64,000 nucleotides of DNA. It comes from a virus. Of the stretch, positions 37,053 to 47,053 are shown piece after piece; positions within the stretch are counted from its first letter, which is position 1; the number at the start of each line of letters is the position of its first letter. A program made the translations under genes and the position numbers. The notes under the pieces were generated by a model. It searched no databases and was not told the DNA's origin. It saw only the letters and a list, made by a program, of their open reading frames with translations. The DNA is taken from the IMG/VR virus record IMGVR_UViG_3300046170_000391. One strand, written 5' to 3'.

Positions 37053-39304
37053 ATGATGTATGTTTTGTGTTCGCAAGTGCGACAGAAAAAGACCCAGAAA
37101 AACTAATTAATAAGTATCTTAAAGGTGTAGACTATGATGTAAAGTTTCTACACTCAGGTAAGAAAGAAAAAATTCTAAAGAAAGATATCGATCTTGATTT
37201 GGAAGAATTGAAAGAGTATAAAATACTTTCTTTAGTAGGCGCAGACCCTCTTAAGTATGTTGCAGGGATGACGGGTATTCAAAAATATAATGGAGTGTTT
37301 ATTGAGAAGAAATACTTACCAATTATGAACCCAAATATGGTTATTTTTAAACCACAACTTGAAGATGATATTGTAAGAGCATTTAATCAGATTCCTAAAC
37401 TCTTAAGCGGTGAAGGTATTGGAGAACAGGCTGAAAAAGATTATTGTTTTATCGAAACAGAAGAACAGTTTTTACAATATAAAGAGCAATTATCAGACGC
37501 AAACACTCTTGTTGTTGATATCGAAACTACATCTGTATCACCACATACAGGGACAATTCTAGGTATAGCTATTTCTACTCGACCCCACCAAGGTTTGTAC
37601 GTATCTATCGATATAGTAGAAAAACATAAACAATGGTTCTTTGATCTTTTTGCTGAACGTAAGTGTATTTTTCATAACTCAAAGTTTGATACTAATTATA
37701 TGGAAACTGAACTTAATTTTGAATTTCCTGATTATGAAGATACTATGTTACTTCATTATTGTTTAGAAGAAGCTGTTGGAACTCACGGTCTCAAACCTTT
37801 GGCCCTACGTTTTACTGACTTAGGTGATTATGAGCGCGAACTCGATGATTATAAAAAGTCATGGGCAAGAAAAAATAAAGTTAAGTTAGAAAACTTTAAC
37901 TATGGTATGCTACCGAGTGACATTCTCGCACCTTATGCGTGTAAAGATGCTGACGCTACTTTTCAACTTTATGGTAAGTTTAAACCTTTAGTCGAGAATA
38001 GTGAAGAATTTACAAAACTGTACGAAAACATCTTAAAACCTGCGACACATGCCATGAAGCGCCTTGAAAAGAATGGTGGCCCTATTAACATTGAACAAGT
38101 TACTTGGTTAGCAGAACAGTATCAAATTGATGTTGAAGAATGTTTAGCAGAAATATCTCAACACGAAGCAGTGCAACGATTTGAGCGTGTATATGAAAAA
38201 ACATTCAATCCAAATTCTACTATGCAACTTCGTGATCTATTCTTTAACATTCTCAAACTAAAACCATCTAAGAAAACAGACACAGGTGCATATTCTGTAG
38301 ATAAAGAAGTCTTATCTAATCTAGGACATCCTCTGTCTGAAGCAATTTTGGAGTTACGAGAAAAATCTAAAATGGCGGGGACTTATATTAATAACATTAG
38401 AAAAGGAGTAGATAAAGATGGTAGGCTTCGTTCTGGCTTTAATATTCATGGTACTACTTCTGGGCGTCTTTCTAGCAGTGGAAACCTTAACTATCAGAAT
38501 ATTCCACGGGATAACAAAGACATCAAAAAATTGTTCAGAGCACGACCAGGATACAAGATAATTCAATGTGACCTAGGAACTGCCGAGGTTTATTACGCAG
38601 CTATGCTCAGTGGCGATCAATTTTTACAGAAAGCTTTTATTGATAAACTTGACTTTCACTCGTATGTAGCTAAACAAATGTTTAATCTTCCGGTAGAGGT
38701 AAATGAAGTAAAAAAACAATATGCAGCACAGAGACAGTACGCTAAAGCTATTACCTTTGGTATTATGTACCAAGCAGGCCCTGCAAAAATTGCTGAAACT
38801 GTGAATAAAGATGCTAAGGCAGGCGAAGAGATCACGTCAAATCAATCTAAACAATTTATTCAGAAGTATTTTAATGAGGCAAAGGCTCTTAAACGCTTTA
38901 TTGATTCTTCTAATAAGCAGATTGAAACTTCTGCTTACATATACTCTTTCTTTGGCCGCAAGCGTAGACTCCCAGAAGCAAAATCTCCGAACCGTGGGGT
39001 AGCCCAGCACGCAATTCGTTCAGGAGTTAATTTTCTTGTTCAGTCTGTAGCTTCTGATATTAATATTATGGGTGTGATTGACTTGGTGAAGTGGATTGAA
39101 GATAATGACTATTTAGAGGTTATCAAACCCTTTACTGTAGTTCACGATTCAATTGTGTCAGAAGTCAGAGAAGATCTTGTTGATGAATATATTAAAAATG
39201 CTAAAGAGTGTATTCAACGAGATAGAGGACTTTCTATTCCAAATTGTCCTATTAAGGTAGATTTTGAAGTTGGTCCAAGTTGGGGTGAGTTGACAGAGCT
39301 ATGA
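37049..39304 (+). CDS. polA: Family A DNA polymerase with 3'-5' exonuclease
   Basis: DIET, HNSKFD, YACKD; TTSGRLSS, QCDLGTAE, RQYAKAITFGIMY (Phe at E. coli 762 position), VHDS. Confidence 0.95.
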   Translation: MNDVCFVFASATEKDPEKLINKYLKGVDYDVKFLHSGKKEKILKKDIDLDLEELKEYKILSLVGADPLKYVAGMTGIQKYNGVFIEKKYLPIMNPNMVIFKPQLEDDIVRAFNQIPKLLSGEGIGEQAEKDYCFIETEEQFLQYKEQLSDANTLVVDIETTSVSPHTGTILGIAISTRPHQGLYVSIDIVEKHKQWFFDLFAERKCIFHNSKFDTNYMETELNFEFPDYEDTMLLHYCLEEAVGTHGLKPLALRFTDLGDYERELDDYKKSWARKNKVKLENFNYGMLPSDILAPYACKDADATFQLYGKFKPLVENSEEFTKLYENILKPATHAMKRLEKNGGPINIEQVTWLAEQYQIDVEECLAEISQHEAVQRFERVYEKTFNPNSTMQLRDLFFNILKLKPSKKTDTGAYSVDKEVLSNLGHPLSEAILELREKSKMAGTYINNIRKGVDKDGRLRSGFNIHGTTSGRLSSSGNLNYQNIPRDNKDIKKLFRARPGYKIIQCDLGTAEVYYAAMLSGDQFLQKAFIDKLDFHSYVAKQMFNLPVEVNEVKKQYAAQRQYAKAITFGIMYQAGPAKIAETVNKDAKAGEEITSNQSKQFIQKYFNEAKALKRFIDSSNKQIETSAYIYSFFGRKRRLPEAKSPNRGVAQHAIRSGVNFLVQSVASDINIMGVIDLVKWIEDNDYLEVIKPFTVVHDSIVSEVREDLVDEYIKNAKECIQRDRGLSIPNCPIKVDFEVGPSWGELTEL

Positions 39305-39417
39305 GACACTACATCGCTTGGTTTAAAAAGTTATATAAACAGTATGGTTTTTGGAGCGCAGTTATGTTCGCTCATTATAACGCTAAACATTATGATATAG
39401 ATGGAAATTATAAATGA
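39301..39417 (+). CDS. Small hypothetical protein (38 aa, not in track)
   Basis: MRHYIAWFKKLYKQYGFWSAVMFAHYNAKHYDIDGNYK, ATGA overlaps at both ends. Confidence 0.5.
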   Translation: MRHYIAWFKKLYKQYGFWSAVMFAHYNAKHYDIDGNYK

Positions 39418-39833
39418 AAGTCGGCTTTACGTGTTCTACTTTTGATTTACTTCATGCGGGGCATGTACAAATGCTACGTGAAGCAAAAGAGCATTGTGAA
39501 TATTTGATATGTGGACTACAAATTGATCCGTCAGTAGATAGATCAGAAAAAAATTCACCTATACAAACAGTAGTTGAACGTTACACACAACTCAATGCAG
39601 TAGGTTATGTAGACGAAATCATACCATATAGCACAGAAGAAGATCTCAAAGACATACTCAGTATGTACCACATAGATGTACGTATACTAGGTGAAGAGTA
39701 CAGAGATAAAGAGTTTACAGGAAAAGACATTTGTCGTAAACGAGATATATCACTTTACTTTAATAAGCGTGAGCATAGATTCAGCTCAAGTGACTTAAGA
39801 AGACGAGTTACAGAGCAATGTTCGAGCACATAA
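39414..39833 (+). CDS. tagD: Glycerol-3-phosphate cytidylyltransferase-like
   Basis: TFDLLHAGH, RILGEEY, RFSSSDLR. Confidence 0.8.
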   Translation: MKVGFTCSTFDLLHAGHVQMLREAKEHCEYLICGLQIDPSVDRSEKNSPIQTVVERYTQLNAVGYVDEIIPYSTEEDLKDILSMYHIDVRILGEEYRDKEFTGKDICRKRDISLYFNKREHRFSSSDLRRRVTEQCSST

Positions 39834-40306
39834 AGTTTCCTTTTTTTGGGTTAAAGAAAAAACCTTACTCAGTTGAGTTTACGCTGGATAAGATTTTTGT
39901 TATCAGAACAGAAGGAAGCCACAAAGAAACTGTTGATGATAAAAATTTAGAAGGAGATTACTTTGCAAGACTTTCACAAATAGAACTTAGGTTAAATTTT
40001 GATTGTACTTGTAAAAACATACAACAACTAGTATATGAAAGGCCTAAATGGGGAATGGATGCATGGGCTAAATCTCATGACATGTCAGAATCTTTATTTT
40101 GTAAGGCGATTAAAAGGAAGATTGTCAAGACACATGACAATCTTGTTTGGTTTAAGTCTATATCTTACCCTTTTAGTATACCAACAGATCAAAAATTAGA
40201 TCTTGACGAAGAAATGTATGGTATTCTCATCAGTATCAATAACGAATGGTTCATAAAAGAATTTACTCTTGATGAGGAACAAATTAATAGAAAAATAAGG
40301 ATATAA
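39818..40306 (+). CDS. Hypothetical protein
   Basis: 162-aa ORF; position like the T5 gene between pol and D10. Confidence 0.5.
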   Translation: MFEHIKFPFFGLKKKPYSVEFTLDKIFVIRTEGSHKETVDDKNLEGDYFARLSQIELRLNFDCTCKNIQQLVYERPKWGMDAWAKSHDMSESLFCKAIKRKIVKTHDNLVWFKSISYPFSIPTDQKLDLDEEMYGILISINNEWFIKEFTLDEEQINRKIRI

Positions 40307-40308
40307 AA

Positions 40309-40746
40309 ATGAAATATTTAGAAAAAACACTACACGCACTTATTTTAAGTACTTCAATAGGATTTTGCTCTTCAATAGCTTTTGCAGACCCTATTAACGG
40401 TGATGTTACAGATCACTATAAGACCGTAATTAATAAAACTCCCTACAATGTAGAGGTTTGTGAAAACGTATCAGTATCAGGAGATAAAACTGGTGATACT
40501 TTGATGGGGGCAATTATTGGTGGTGCTATTGGTAATAACGTTACAAAAAATGTTGATAATGGAGGAGCCGTTGGTGCTTTACTGGGAGGAATGTTAGCAC
40601 ATCAAAACTCGGATGCTACAGCAGGAACAAAACGAGTTTGTAAAATGGAAACCAGATATAATGAATCATCTACACAAGTTTATTCTCACTCTGTCATCAC
40701 TTTCTTTTCTAATGGTAAACAATATAGTTTGAGATTTAATAAGTGA
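40309..40746 (+). CDS. Glycine-zipper 2TM exported protein
   Basis: Signal peptide, GAIIGGAIGN..GAVGALLGG. Confidence 0.75.
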   Translation: MKYLEKTLHALILSTSIGFCSSIAFADPINGDVTDHYKTVINKTPYNVEVCENVSVSGDKTGDTLMGAIIGGAIGNNVTKNVDNGGAVGALLGGMLAHQNSDATAGTKRVCKMETRYNESSTQVYSHSVITFFSNGKQYSLRFNK

Positions 40747-40889
40747 AAACTTGTACTAAATGTAGTAGAGAAATAATTACTGAACTACCAGAGATTGTCT
40801 GGAGAGCTTCTTGTGCTGGTTGTAATGAACGAATAGTTATACTGCCAAACAATGACTGTAGGCAGTATAAATATGAGGAACAAGAATGA
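40743..40889 (+). CDS. Small zinc-ribbon-like protein (48 aa, not in track)
   Basis: GTG start; MKTCTKCSRE...SCAGCNER; overlaps both neighbours by 4 nt. Confidence 0.5.
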   Translation: MKTCTKCSREIITELPEIVWRASCAGCNERIVILPNNDCRQYKYEEQE

Positions 40890-41320
40890 AAATTTTAATA
40901 TTTGGATTACCAGGCTCAGGTAAAACTACTTTAGCTAAACCTTTTGCAGAACTACTTGGGGCAGTTCACTTAAACGGTGATGATATAAGAAAAAAGTATA
41001 ATGACGAAGATTTTAGTATAAAAGGTAGGCTAAGACAAAGTTTGCGAATGAGGCATTTAGCGGATGGTGTAGTTTTAGCAGGTAGAATTGTTGTGGCAGA
41101 CTTTATATGTCCCACGCAATTGACAAGAGATTGGTTTGAGGCAGACTACACAATATGGATGGATACAATTGATAAAGGGCGCTACAACGACACGAATATC
41201 ATATTCCAAAAACCAGAGGCAGTTAATTATCATGTTGCTGAATGGTTTAATGATACTCATGCTCAACTAGCTGATGTCGTTAATAATTATATGCGCAAAA
41301 AGAAAGAGGAGAAGCTATGA
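40886..41320 (+). CDS. cysC: Adenylylsulfate kinase-like
   Basis: GLPGSGKTT, LNGDDIR, DFS..GR. Confidence 0.75.
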   Translation: MKILIFGLPGSGKTTLAKPFAELLGAVHLNGDDIRKKYNDEDFSIKGRLRQSLRMRHLADGVVLAGRIVVADFICPTQLTRDWFEADYTIWMDTIDKGRYNDTNIIFQKPEAVNYHVAEWFNDTHAQLADVVNNYMRKKKEEKL

Positions 41321-42378
41321 TTAAAAGACTACTCGCTGCAGGTGCATTAGCACTATCTGTAGTAACAACAGCCTACGCAGAACCAGTAAAAGTGGGTTTT
41401 GTATATGTCGGACCAATTGGGGACCATGGTTGGACGTATAGACATGACATTGGTCGTCAACAAGTAGAAGAAGCACACGGAGACAAAGTGGAAACATTTT
41501 ATGCTGAAAGCGTATCATATGGTCCTGATGCAGAACGTGTGATCCGGCAGATGGCAAAAGAAGGTGCTGACATCATCTTTGCTACAAGTTTTGGTTATAT
41601 GGAACCAATGCTAAAAGTTGCAAAAGACTTTCCAGATGTAAAGTTTGAACATGCAACAGGTTACAAACGTGCAGACAACATGAGCACATACGGCTTGCGC
41701 CTATACCAAGCACGTCATGTGCAAGGTGTTATTGCAGGACTAATGACAAAGACAAACAAGATTTGTTATGTTGGTGCTTATCCTATTCCAGAAGTTATCC
41801 GTGAAATCAACACTTACTACATGGGCGCAAAGAGCGTAAATCCAAAAGTAGACATCGATGTCATTTGGGTTAACACTTGGTATGATCCTAGTAAAGAAGC
41901 AGATGCTGCAAACGTGATGATGGCTGAAGGTTGTGACATGATGGCACAACATACTGATTCACCTGCACCGCTACAGGCTGCTGAACTAAAAGGCAAGTTG
42001 GGTTTTGGTCAAGCAAGTGATCAGATCAAGTTTGCTCCTAAAGCACAACTCACAGCAACCATTGACAATTGGGGTCCTTACTACATTAAGAAAGTAGGAC
42101 AAGTTATTGATGGCGACTGGCAAGTTGAAGACTATTTTGGTCATATGAATGAAGATGCTGTGCAAATGGCGCCTTTCACAAATATGCCAGCAGATGTAGA
42201 AGCAAAAGCACAAGCAATTAAAGATGCTATTTCTAATGGCGAGTACTTTGCATTTACAGGTCCAATTAGAGACAACACTGGTAAACTGCAACTTGCAGAC
42301 GGCGTTGTTGCTGATGATGCACACCTCAACAGCATGATGTATTATGTTGAAGGTATTGATGCGACGGTGCCTAAGTAA
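41317..42378 (+). CDS. BMP-family ABC transporter substrate-binding protein (purine nucleoside type)
   Basis: Signal peptide, VGPIGDHGWTYRH, FATSFGY, FEHATGYK, QHTDS. Confidence 0.9.
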   Translation: MIKRLLAAGALALSVVTTAYAEPVKVGFVYVGPIGDHGWTYRHDIGRQQVEEAHGDKVETFYAESVSYGPDAERVIRQMAKEGADIIFATSFGYMEPMLKVAKDFPDVKFEHATGYKRADNMSTYGLRLYQARHVQGVIAGLMTKTNKICYVGAYPIPEVIREINTYYMGAKSVNPKVDIDVIWVNTWYDPSKEADAANVMMAEGCDMMAQHTDSPAPLQAAELKGKLGFGQASDQIKFAPKAQLTATIDNWGPYYIKKVGQVIDGDWQVEDYFGHMNEDAVQMAPFTNMPADVEAKAQAIKDAISNGEYFAFTGPIRDNTGKLQLADGVVADDAHLNSMMYYVEGIDATVPK

Positions 42379-43238
42379 TGATTCCAGTAATTGATTTCAA
42401 AAGTGAATCAGTATTGGACGAGATTCGCGAGGCCTACACAACTGTAGGCTTCGCAGTCTTCACCAATGCACTTAATAAACAAGATCAAACAGATATGACT
42501 GTTTGGTGGAAACTAATGCAGGACTTTTTTGATATTGACGCTGAAACAAAACAAAAATACAAATATCAAAAAGAAAATAATTTAGGGTACAGCATGGTTG
42601 GGGACGAAAATGTAGATCCAACTGCTCCCAAAGATATCAAAGAAAGTTTTAATTATAATAATAGTAGAATGCCTGAGGAACTGTGGCCTACTGGTATAAA
42701 CGGATTTAAAGCAACTGCTCTGCAATCAATAGATATTGCAGACAAACTAACATTAAAGATATTAGAAAAGTTTGATACAATACTAAACTGCGGCACCACA
42801 CTAGTAGACGCGCACCTAAAACCTTACAATACAACTAGGGTTATTCACTATCCTGCATCAACAGGCAAGTTAGAAGACAGACAGCTAAGGATAGGAGAAC
42901 ACAGTGATTATGGTACTATTACATTACTGTGGCAGATTAATGATGTTCCTGGACTTCAAGTTCAAGATCTCAAAGAAGAGTGGCACTCGGTTCCGTATGC
43001 AGATGATGGAGTAGTAGTGAATATTGGAGATTTACTACAAAGATGGACTAATGATTACTTTGTATCAACTAAACACAGAGTAGTAAATAGTCACATCCAT
43101 CTTCCAAGATATTCTATGCCTCACTTTGTAGATCCAACCCCAGGAACTATAGTTAAGAACTTAACAGATCAAGAAAATAAATATGAACCTATTGAAAGTT
43201 TAGAGTATCTAAACTGGAGATTATCACAGAGTTACTAA
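42378..43238 (+). CDS. Isopenicillin-N-synthase-family 2OG-Fe(II) oxygenase
   Basis: HSDYGTITLL, NIGDLLQRWTND, STKHRV, RYS. Confidence 0.88.
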   Translation: MIPVIDFKSESVLDEIREAYTTVGFAVFTNALNKQDQTDMTVWWKLMQDFFDIDAETKQKYKYQKENNLGYSMVGDENVDPTAPKDIKESFNYNNSRMPEELWPTGINGFKATALQSIDIADKLTLKILEKFDTILNCGTTLVDAHLKPYNTTRVIHYPASTGKLEDRQLRIGEHSDYGTITLLWQINDVPGLQVQDLKEEWHSVPYADDGVVVNIGDLLQRWTNDYFVSTKHRVVNSHIHLPRYSMPHFVDPTPGTIVKNLTDQENKYEPIESLEYLNWRLSQSY

Positions 43239-43762
43239 TGTTTAAAAAATACATCAAAAGTTATAAAGATTTCCCAGTAAACGGTATAGATTTTAAATGT
43301 ACAGCCAGTCTATGTGCCTCTAAAGGTTTCAACCCAGCTAATGAGTATCTTTATAGTGTAATTAAAGCTAGAAGTTTTGATAAAATTGTAGGAGTTGACG
43401 CAAGAGGCTTTATTTTTGCCTCTATCTTAGCCTATAGAACAGAAAAACCTTTAATTTTAGCTAGAAAAGCAGGAAAATTACCAGGAAAAACAGTATCAAA
43501 ATCTTACTCTCTTGAATATGGAGAAGCTTGTATAGAAATCAAAGAAGAAGATATTAAAAAAGGTGAAAAAATTATAATAGTTGATGACTTAATGGCAACA
43601 GGAGGTACAGTTGAAACAATCATAGATATGATTGAAGAAAAAGAGGCTATTGTAGATTCTGTGATCTGTGTAATGGATCTTAAATTTCTTGGCGGCTCTG
43701 ATAGAATCAGAACTAGAAAGATAAATTTTTTTCATGGGATATTATATAATGGATTGGACTAA
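43238..43762 (+). CDS. apt: Adenine phosphoribosyltransferase
   Basis: DARGF, RKAGKLPG, YSLEYG, VDDLMATGGT. Confidence 0.9.
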   Translation: MFKKYIKSYKDFPVNGIDFKCTASLCASKGFNPANEYLYSVIKARSFDKIVGVDARGFIFASILAYRTEKPLILARKAGKLPGKTVSKSYSLEYGEACIEIKEEDIKKGEKIIIVDDLMATGGTVETIIDMIEEKEAIVDSVICVMDLKFLGGSDRIRTRKINFFHGILYNGLD

Positions 43763-44102
43763 GCCAACAGTACAATTATTAGGGAGATGGCAACCTTGGC
43801 ATGAAGGGCATACAGAGTTATTCAAACGTGCTCACGCAAAAACAGGGCAAGTTGTTATAATGGTTAGGGAGAGTGATAAAAATGAAAATAACCCTCATTC
43901 TTATGCTTTAAGAGAGCTATTTATTAAACAAGCACTACAAAGAGAAGGTTACTATATTCGTAAAGATTTTATTGTGATGCCTGTTCCTAACATTATAAAC
44001 ATTACTTATGGACGAGATGTGGGGTATAGTATAGAACAAGAAGTCTTAGACGAAAATATAGAAGCTATAAGTGCTACAGAGATTAGAAATGCAAATAAGT
44101 AA
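43749..44102 (+). CDS. HIGH-superfamily nucleotidyltransferase-like protein
   Basis: GRWQPWHEGH, YGRDVGY, ISATEIR. Confidence 0.75.
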   Translation: MDWTKPTVQLLGRWQPWHEGHTELFKRAHAKTGQVVIMVRESDKNENNPHSYALRELFIKQALQREGYYIRKDFIVMPVPNIINITYGRDVGYSIEQEVLDENIEAISATEIRNANK

Positions 44103-44412
44103 ACTAAAAGACGCAGGTAAAAATGGATGGTATATCGGCGACTTTGACTCTGCTATAGTAAAGTCTACCGACGTAGAGGTATGTTATAACACAATAAAAA
44201 GAGGGTATACTGACCCGCATTATCATACAAAGTGTGATGAAATTCTCTTAGTTACAAAAGGTAAGGCTATAATAAATAATACAAAAGTTAAAAAGGGTGA
44301 TATAATAGTTATTAGTCAGGGCGAGGTGAATGATATCGCTGCTATAACAAAAAAATTCACTGCTGTAGGGGTGAAAATTCCTGCAGGAGGAAACGATAAG
44401 GTTAGAATATGA
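44089..44412 (+). CDS. Cupin-domain protein
   Basis: GWYIGDF, HYHTKCDE. Confidence 0.7.
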   Translation: MQISKLKDAGKNGWYIGDFDSAIVKSTDVEVCYNTIKRGYTDPHYHTKCDEILLVTKGKAIINNTKVKKGDIIVISQGEVNDIAAITKKFTAVGVKIPAGGNDKVRI

Positions 44413-44654
44413 AAATAAGATACTATAAAAAGATTGATGGTTGGCGTTGGATTGGCTTTTTGCTTGCTATGTTAGGAGCGTTTACTTTATCAAATGCAAA
44501 CGTAGAAACTCAATGGATTGGTTGGTCATTGGGGCTTGCAAGCGGCTCTATATGGATTTATATGGGGTATAAAGATGGTGACCTTCCTAGAACTTTGATG
44601 GAAGTGATGTGGTTTGCAATCGGTATTAGGGCAGTTTGGAATTGGCTACAGTGA
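44409..44654 (+). CDS. Small membrane protein
   Basis: Three short hydrophobic helices. Confidence 0.55.
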   Translation: MKIRYYKKIDGWRWIGFLLAMLGAFTLSNANVETQWIGWSLGLASGSIWIYMGYKDGDLPRTLMEVMWFAIGIRAVWNWLQ

Positions 44655-45937
44655 AAAAAGCAAAAGTAAAAAAGATTACATTAGCTGAAAAAATATATAT
44701 CGCTAAAGAAGATGTAGAAGATGTTGACCATCTTTTAGGTTTATATACTTATGATAACGGAGATGAGTTTTTATCTACCATAACAGAAGATGAATATCAC
44801 TATATAGTACCCTCTAATTCTTATCATAAACTTGAATGGGATGAGATAGAGGATAATCGTAATTTTGAACAAACCGATGCTGATCTTACTTTTACAGGTA
44901 CACTACGCTGGGAACAACAAGAGGTAGTCGATAAGTTTTTTAGTAGAGGTAGAGCTAGATCAGGCATTTTACAAGCTCCTTGTGGTTGGGGTAAGACTTT
45001 TACTGGTTGTGAAATAATATCCAGTAATAAGACTAAAACATTGGTATTAGTCCATACTAAACTTTTATTTAGACAATGGATTGAAGAGCTTGAAAGACAA
45101 ATTCCAACAGTAAAGATAGGCCGTATCGGAGATGGATTATTCGATATTCAAGATATTACAGTAGGTATCTATAAATCTGTATATAATCGAAGAGATGAGT
45201 TGGAAAACTCATTCTCAATGATCTTAGTTGATGAAGCACATCTTTGCCCTGCTGAGATGTTTTCTACAGCGTTAAATTCTTTAAACGCTAAAATTAAAAT
45301 TGGTATTAGCGCAACACCTAGAAGAAAAGATGGAAAACATGTATTTCTGTCCGATTATTTTTCGCCGTTTATAGTTGAAGCACGTGATCCAAGACAGTTA
45401 CAAGACCCCGTAGTTCAAGTTAAACGCACAGACTTCCGATTCCCTGTTATAGATCCAAAACGAGATTGGTCGCGCCAGCTGAACAAACTTTGCGCTAACA
45501 AAGATTACTTGAAAGCTATCGCTAATTTTGCCAAAAGTCAGATAGCCACGGGTCGTTGTCCTTTGATACTTGGGGAGCGTGTACAGATGTTAAAAGATTT
45601 ACAGGAACTGATTCCTGAAAGTGTATGTTTAATAGGAGAATCTGATGAATCAACTAGAAGTGATGTTCTTCAAAATGTTGGAGGTAAATACAAATGTGTA
45701 CTCTCAACAAAGCTCTTTGATGAGGGTATTTCGTGTCATAGGCTTGATACTTTGTATCTTACTTGTCCTAGTAATAATCCTATAAAATTAGAACAAAGAG
45801 TAGGAAGAATTATACGTGAACACCCAGAGAAACAAGTTCCTATGATTGTAGATTTTTGGTTATCAGGAGGTATTGTAGCTCGTCAACAAACAAAAAGACT
45901 TGAATGGTATAAACAGCGTGGATATTATATACTTTAA
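44651..45937 (+). CDS. D10: SF2 DNA helicase (T5 D10-like)
   Basis: APCGWGKT, VDEAH, SAT, EGIS, QRVGRIIR. Confidence 0.88.
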   Translation: MKKAKVKKITLAEKIYIAKEDVEDVDHLLGLYTYDNGDEFLSTITEDEYHYIVPSNSYHKLEWDEIEDNRNFEQTDADLTFTGTLRWEQQEVVDKFFSRGRARSGILQAPCGWGKTFTGCEIISSNKTKTLVLVHTKLLFRQWIEELERQIPTVKIGRIGDGLFDIQDITVGIYKSVYNRRDELENSFSMILVDEAHLCPAEMFSTALNSLNAKIKIGISATPRRKDGKHVFLSDYFSPFIVEARDPRQLQDPVVQVKRTDFRFPVIDPKRDWSRQLNKLCANKDYLKAIANFAKSQIATGRCPLILGERVQMLKDLQELIPESVCLIGESDESTRSDVLQNVGGKYKCVLSTKLFDEGISCHRLDTLYLTCPSNNPIKLEQRVGRIIREHPEKQVPMIVDFWLSGGIVARQQTKRLEWYKQRGYYIL

Positions 45938-46367
45938 TTGGTACGAATTATTATCAAAGGCAAGAAAAGATCAGACAGCAATATTAATCTTGGCATTTGC
46001 GCAAACTAAATTGTATAATGCAAGAACAACTAAAGGATTAATGGGTGCATTAAAAATAAATCATATACCAATACACTTATTCACCACAGGTCTTTTAGAG
46101 CAGAAAAAAGAAAAACTTGTTTGTAATTATCAAACAGAAGAACCGATGAGTTATTTTAAGAACCCTTGGTTTTTGACACAAAATGTTTCTATAATACAAA
46201 AGACAGAATATCTTCAACTTTTATCTATGAGAAGAATCAGTGAAGAACAAGATTACATCGCTAAAAATTATATCAGAAAAGATATAAAAAATCACTTTAT
46301 CTCTATTAAAGGAGATAAGATCTATTATACACAAGAGTCCTCGGTTTCGAGGAAATCCTACACATAA
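45918..46367 (+). CDS. Hypothetical protein
   Basis: Between D10 and D11 as in T5; probable GTG start. Confidence 0.5.
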   Translation: MDIIYFNWYELLSKARKDQTAILILAFAQTKLYNARTTKGLMGALKINHIPIHLFTTGLLEQKKEKLVCNYQTEEPMSYFKNPWFLTQNVSIIQKTEYLQLLSMRRISEEQDYIAKNYIRKDIKNHFISIKGDKIYYTQESSVSRKSYT

Positions 46368-46396
46368 GTTCTAACGAACAACAAAGGAGAAACAAC

Positions 46397-47053
46397 ATGG
46401 TCGCATGGGATAAAGCTAAAGGAAAGCAAACCTCAAGCAACGAACGTCGTGAAATTCAACGACTCTCACTCGGTATCGGAGATACCAAAGTACGTCTTCT
46501 TGGAGACGTAATGCCTCGCTACTGTTATTGGGTAGTAACAAAAGAAGGAAAGAAGATGCCTGTTGAGTGTCTTCAATTTTCTCGTGAAAACGAAACTTTT
46601 GATAATTCTGCTCAAGACCCTTTCAAAGAAATTGATGAGGCTATCTATTCAGATAAACCACAATTCTCATATGTTTGCAACGTGATTGATCGTTCAGACG
46701 GACAAATTAAACTGTTCGATCTTCGCTCAACTATATATTCTCAGATTGTAGATTATGCTACTAATCCTGATTATGGAAATCCAGCAGATAGCGAAGGTGG
46801 TTATGATATTACCATTAAAAAAGAAAAGACAGGACCTCTTCCACAAAATGTGAAATACTCCTGTCTGCCTGCTCGTAATAACTCTGCTCTTACAGATGCA
46901 GAAAAAGCTCTTGAGCTTTATGAATTATCAAAAATTTATAAACGTCAAACATATGATGAGCAAAAAGAGTGGTTGTTAAATAACACCTCTTATTTCGCAG
47001 GTGATGTATCTGACGAATTTAAACCAGCAGAAGATGTGGATGACCTAGCTTAA
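46397..47053 (+). CDS. D11: ssDNA-binding protein (T5 D11-like)
   Basis: VRLLGDVMPRYCYWV, KTGPLPQNVKY, acidic C-terminus. Confidence 0.75.
   Translation: MVAWDKAKGKQTSSNERREIQRLSLGIGDTKVRLLGDVMPRYCYWVVTKEGKKMPVECLQFSRENETFDNSAQDPFKEIDEAIYSDKPQFSYVCNVIDRSDGQIKLFDLRSTIYSQIVDYATNPDYGNPADSEGGYDITIKKEKTGPLPQNVKYSCLPARNNSALTDAEKALELYELSKIYKRQTYDEQKEWLLNNTSYFAGDVSDEFKPAEDVDDLA

Noticed and set aside
46338-46353. TCCTCG-GTTT-CGAGGA hairpin upstream of D11
   Set aside because: Lies within a coding 3' end with no U-tract; function unsupported
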